Below are positions 62,855 to 64,000 of a stretch of DNA of 64,000 bases, one piece after another; position 1 is the first letter of the stretch, and the number at the start of each line of letters is the position of its first letter. The DNA is from Mycobacteriales bacterium (lineage in GTDB: Bacteria; Actinomycetota; Actinomycetes; Mycobacteriales; QHCD01). The notes beneath the pieces are model-generated. The model was not told the DNA's origin. It searched no databases and saw nothing but the letters and a program-made list of their open reading frames with translations. Location: contig JBEDUI010000071.1 in NCBI GenBank assembly GCA_040414495.1, positions 425-64,424 on the forward strand, given 5' to 3'. The position numbers and the translations under genes were made by a program.

Positions 62855-63622
62855 TCAGGTGTCTCCGGCTCGTCGGAAGCCGTCCAACGCCCGCCCGCTG
62901 GCATAACCCGCCGCCGCCCGGGCCGCGTCGGGATCGCCGCTACAGATGGCCTCGACCAGCGCGACATGGTCATCGATCATTTTCTTGGTGCTGTCGCCGC
63001 GTTCCTTCATTCGATTCAGGCCCGCTTCGATGAGATCGGCGATGGGCTGACGCATCGACTCCATCACGTAGCGCATCACGGTATTTCCCGACGCCGCGAC
63101 CACGGTGAAATGCAGCCGCAGGTCCAGCTCACCGAACGCGTCGAAATCGTCGGGACGCGCCTGCATCCGAGCCACGATGTCGCGCAATTCGACCTCGATT
63201 TCCGGGGTCAATCGGGCCGCCGCCAGCGCCGCGCTCTCGCTTTCGATCCCCCGCCGGAATTCATGCAACTCGACATTGCTGATCGCCCGCAACGTCATCC
63301 CCCAATGTAGGAAGACGCTGACCAGGTCGGGGCTGAACGACTTGACCCGAGCGGGTTTCCCGGTCGAGATCTCCACGATGCTCAATGCCGCCAGCGCCCG
63401 TAATGCCTCGCGGATTACGGGTCGGCTGACGCCGAAGCTGTCGGCCAATTGGAATTCGGTCGGCAGCCGATCGCCTGGTTGCAGCCCCTCGTCGGCCATC
63501 CATTCCATCAGCCGGCGCGACACCTGCTCGCTGAGCGTCTCCCGTTGCACCGGACCACTGCCGAATCCGCGGCCATTGGCCGGCACCGTAGAAGCACGCT
63601 GCGTCGGCCTCGCCGTCGCCAT
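62855..63622 (-). CDS. GntR/FadR-family regulator (FCD domain)
   Basis: PGDRLPTE..LA..FGVSR..IREAL, R..IE, D..LH, ASGN, H..L..AI. Confidence 0.93.
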   Translation of the reverse strand: MATARPTQRASTVPANGRGFGSGPVQRETLSEQVSRRLMEWMADEGLQPGDRLPTEFQLADSFGVSRPVIREALRALAALSIVEISTGKPARVKSFSPDLVSVFLHWGMTLRAISNVELHEFRRGIESESAALAAARLTPEIEVELRDIVARMQARPDDFDAFGELDLRLHFTVVAASGNTVMRYVMESMRQPIADLIEAGLNRMKERGDSTKKMIDDHVALVEAICSGDPDAARAAAGYASGRALDGFRRAGDT

Positions 63623-63707
63623 CAAGCCCCCTCATGCCGAAGCCCTGAACCCGGAGTCTGGCTGGAATTCATCGTCACTGATGGCCCACTACGGGATGTG
63701 ATGGGCG

Positions 63708-63736
63708 ACACTAGGACGCGTACGAGATGGTGTCAA
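63708..63736 (-). promoter_or_regulatory. Sigma70-type promoter for the GntR gene
   Basis: TTGACA-17 bp-TAGTGT on minus strand; near-palindrome CAAGTTGT-CTT-ACAGCTTG (63734-63752) overlaps the -35. Confidence 0.7.
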
Positions 63737-63780
63737 GTTGTCTTACAGCTTGCAACAAAAATTCTGTCGTCGAACATGAG

Positions 63781-63809
63781 TCAGCGGCCGGTCAAAGACC
63801 GGCCGCTGA
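63781..63809 (-). terminator. Hairpin terminator
   Basis: TCAGCGGCCGGTC-AAA-GACCGGCCGCTGA, 13-bp arms, 15 bp after the stop at 63825. Confidence 0.65.
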
Positions 63810-63824
63810 GTGACGCCCTGGGGC

Positions 63825-64000
63825 TCAGTCGAAGAAGTCGGCGTCCTCGGGCGCCAGGTGCTCCTTGGCCGCGTCCACCTTGAACTCCACGCCCAGACCG
63901 GGGCGGTCCCAGACGTCGATGAACCCGTCGACCACGATCGGGTCGGGCAGACCATCCACAATGGAATACCACCAGTCCGGCTTGCCGACCGGGTACTCGA
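63825..64000 (-). CDS. C-terminus of a second enolase-superfamily enzyme (partial, runs off window)
   Basis: EYPVGKPDWWYSIVDGLPDPIVVDGFIDVWDRPGLGVEF...DADFFD*, similar to the C-terminus of 59595..60863. Confidence 0.8.
   Translation of the reverse strand, partial: EYPVGKPDWWYSIVDGLPDPIVVDGFIDVWDRPGLGVEFKVDAAKEHLAPEDADFFD

Overview
High-GC actinobacterial chromosomal window (conservon, DUF222-HNH, DUF2630, DUF5302, DUF3516 helicase) with about 60 densely packed CDSs. I found no rRNA, tRNA, CRISPR array, prophage or transposase. Content is mostly catabolic and regulatory: a two-component system, a CE15 esterase, a four-gene conservon, a three-subunit succinate dehydrogenase, UxuA, three carbohydrate ABC importers without ATPases, and many regulators. 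Main observations: (1) a hydroxyproline-catabolism-like operon transcribed divergently from a GH127 beta-L-arabinofuranosidase plus sugar ABC importer, suggesting an arabinosyl-hydroxyproline (extensin glycopeptide) utilization locus; (2) two copies, 56 kb apart, of a 74-bp intergenic palindromic element with 16-bp arms and tandem GACACGCCGA repeats in the spacer; (3) an unassigned catabolic cluster (two enolase-superfamily enzymes, RraA/HMG aldolase, fused MalF-MalG permease, SDR with an in-frame 3x39-bp repeat leader, DAD-type cupin) abutting a MarR remnant; (4) several readable regulatory sites (LexA box, ECF41-type promoter, shared ACTAC-N6-GTAGT operator). All product calls come from motif recognition by eye, not database searches.
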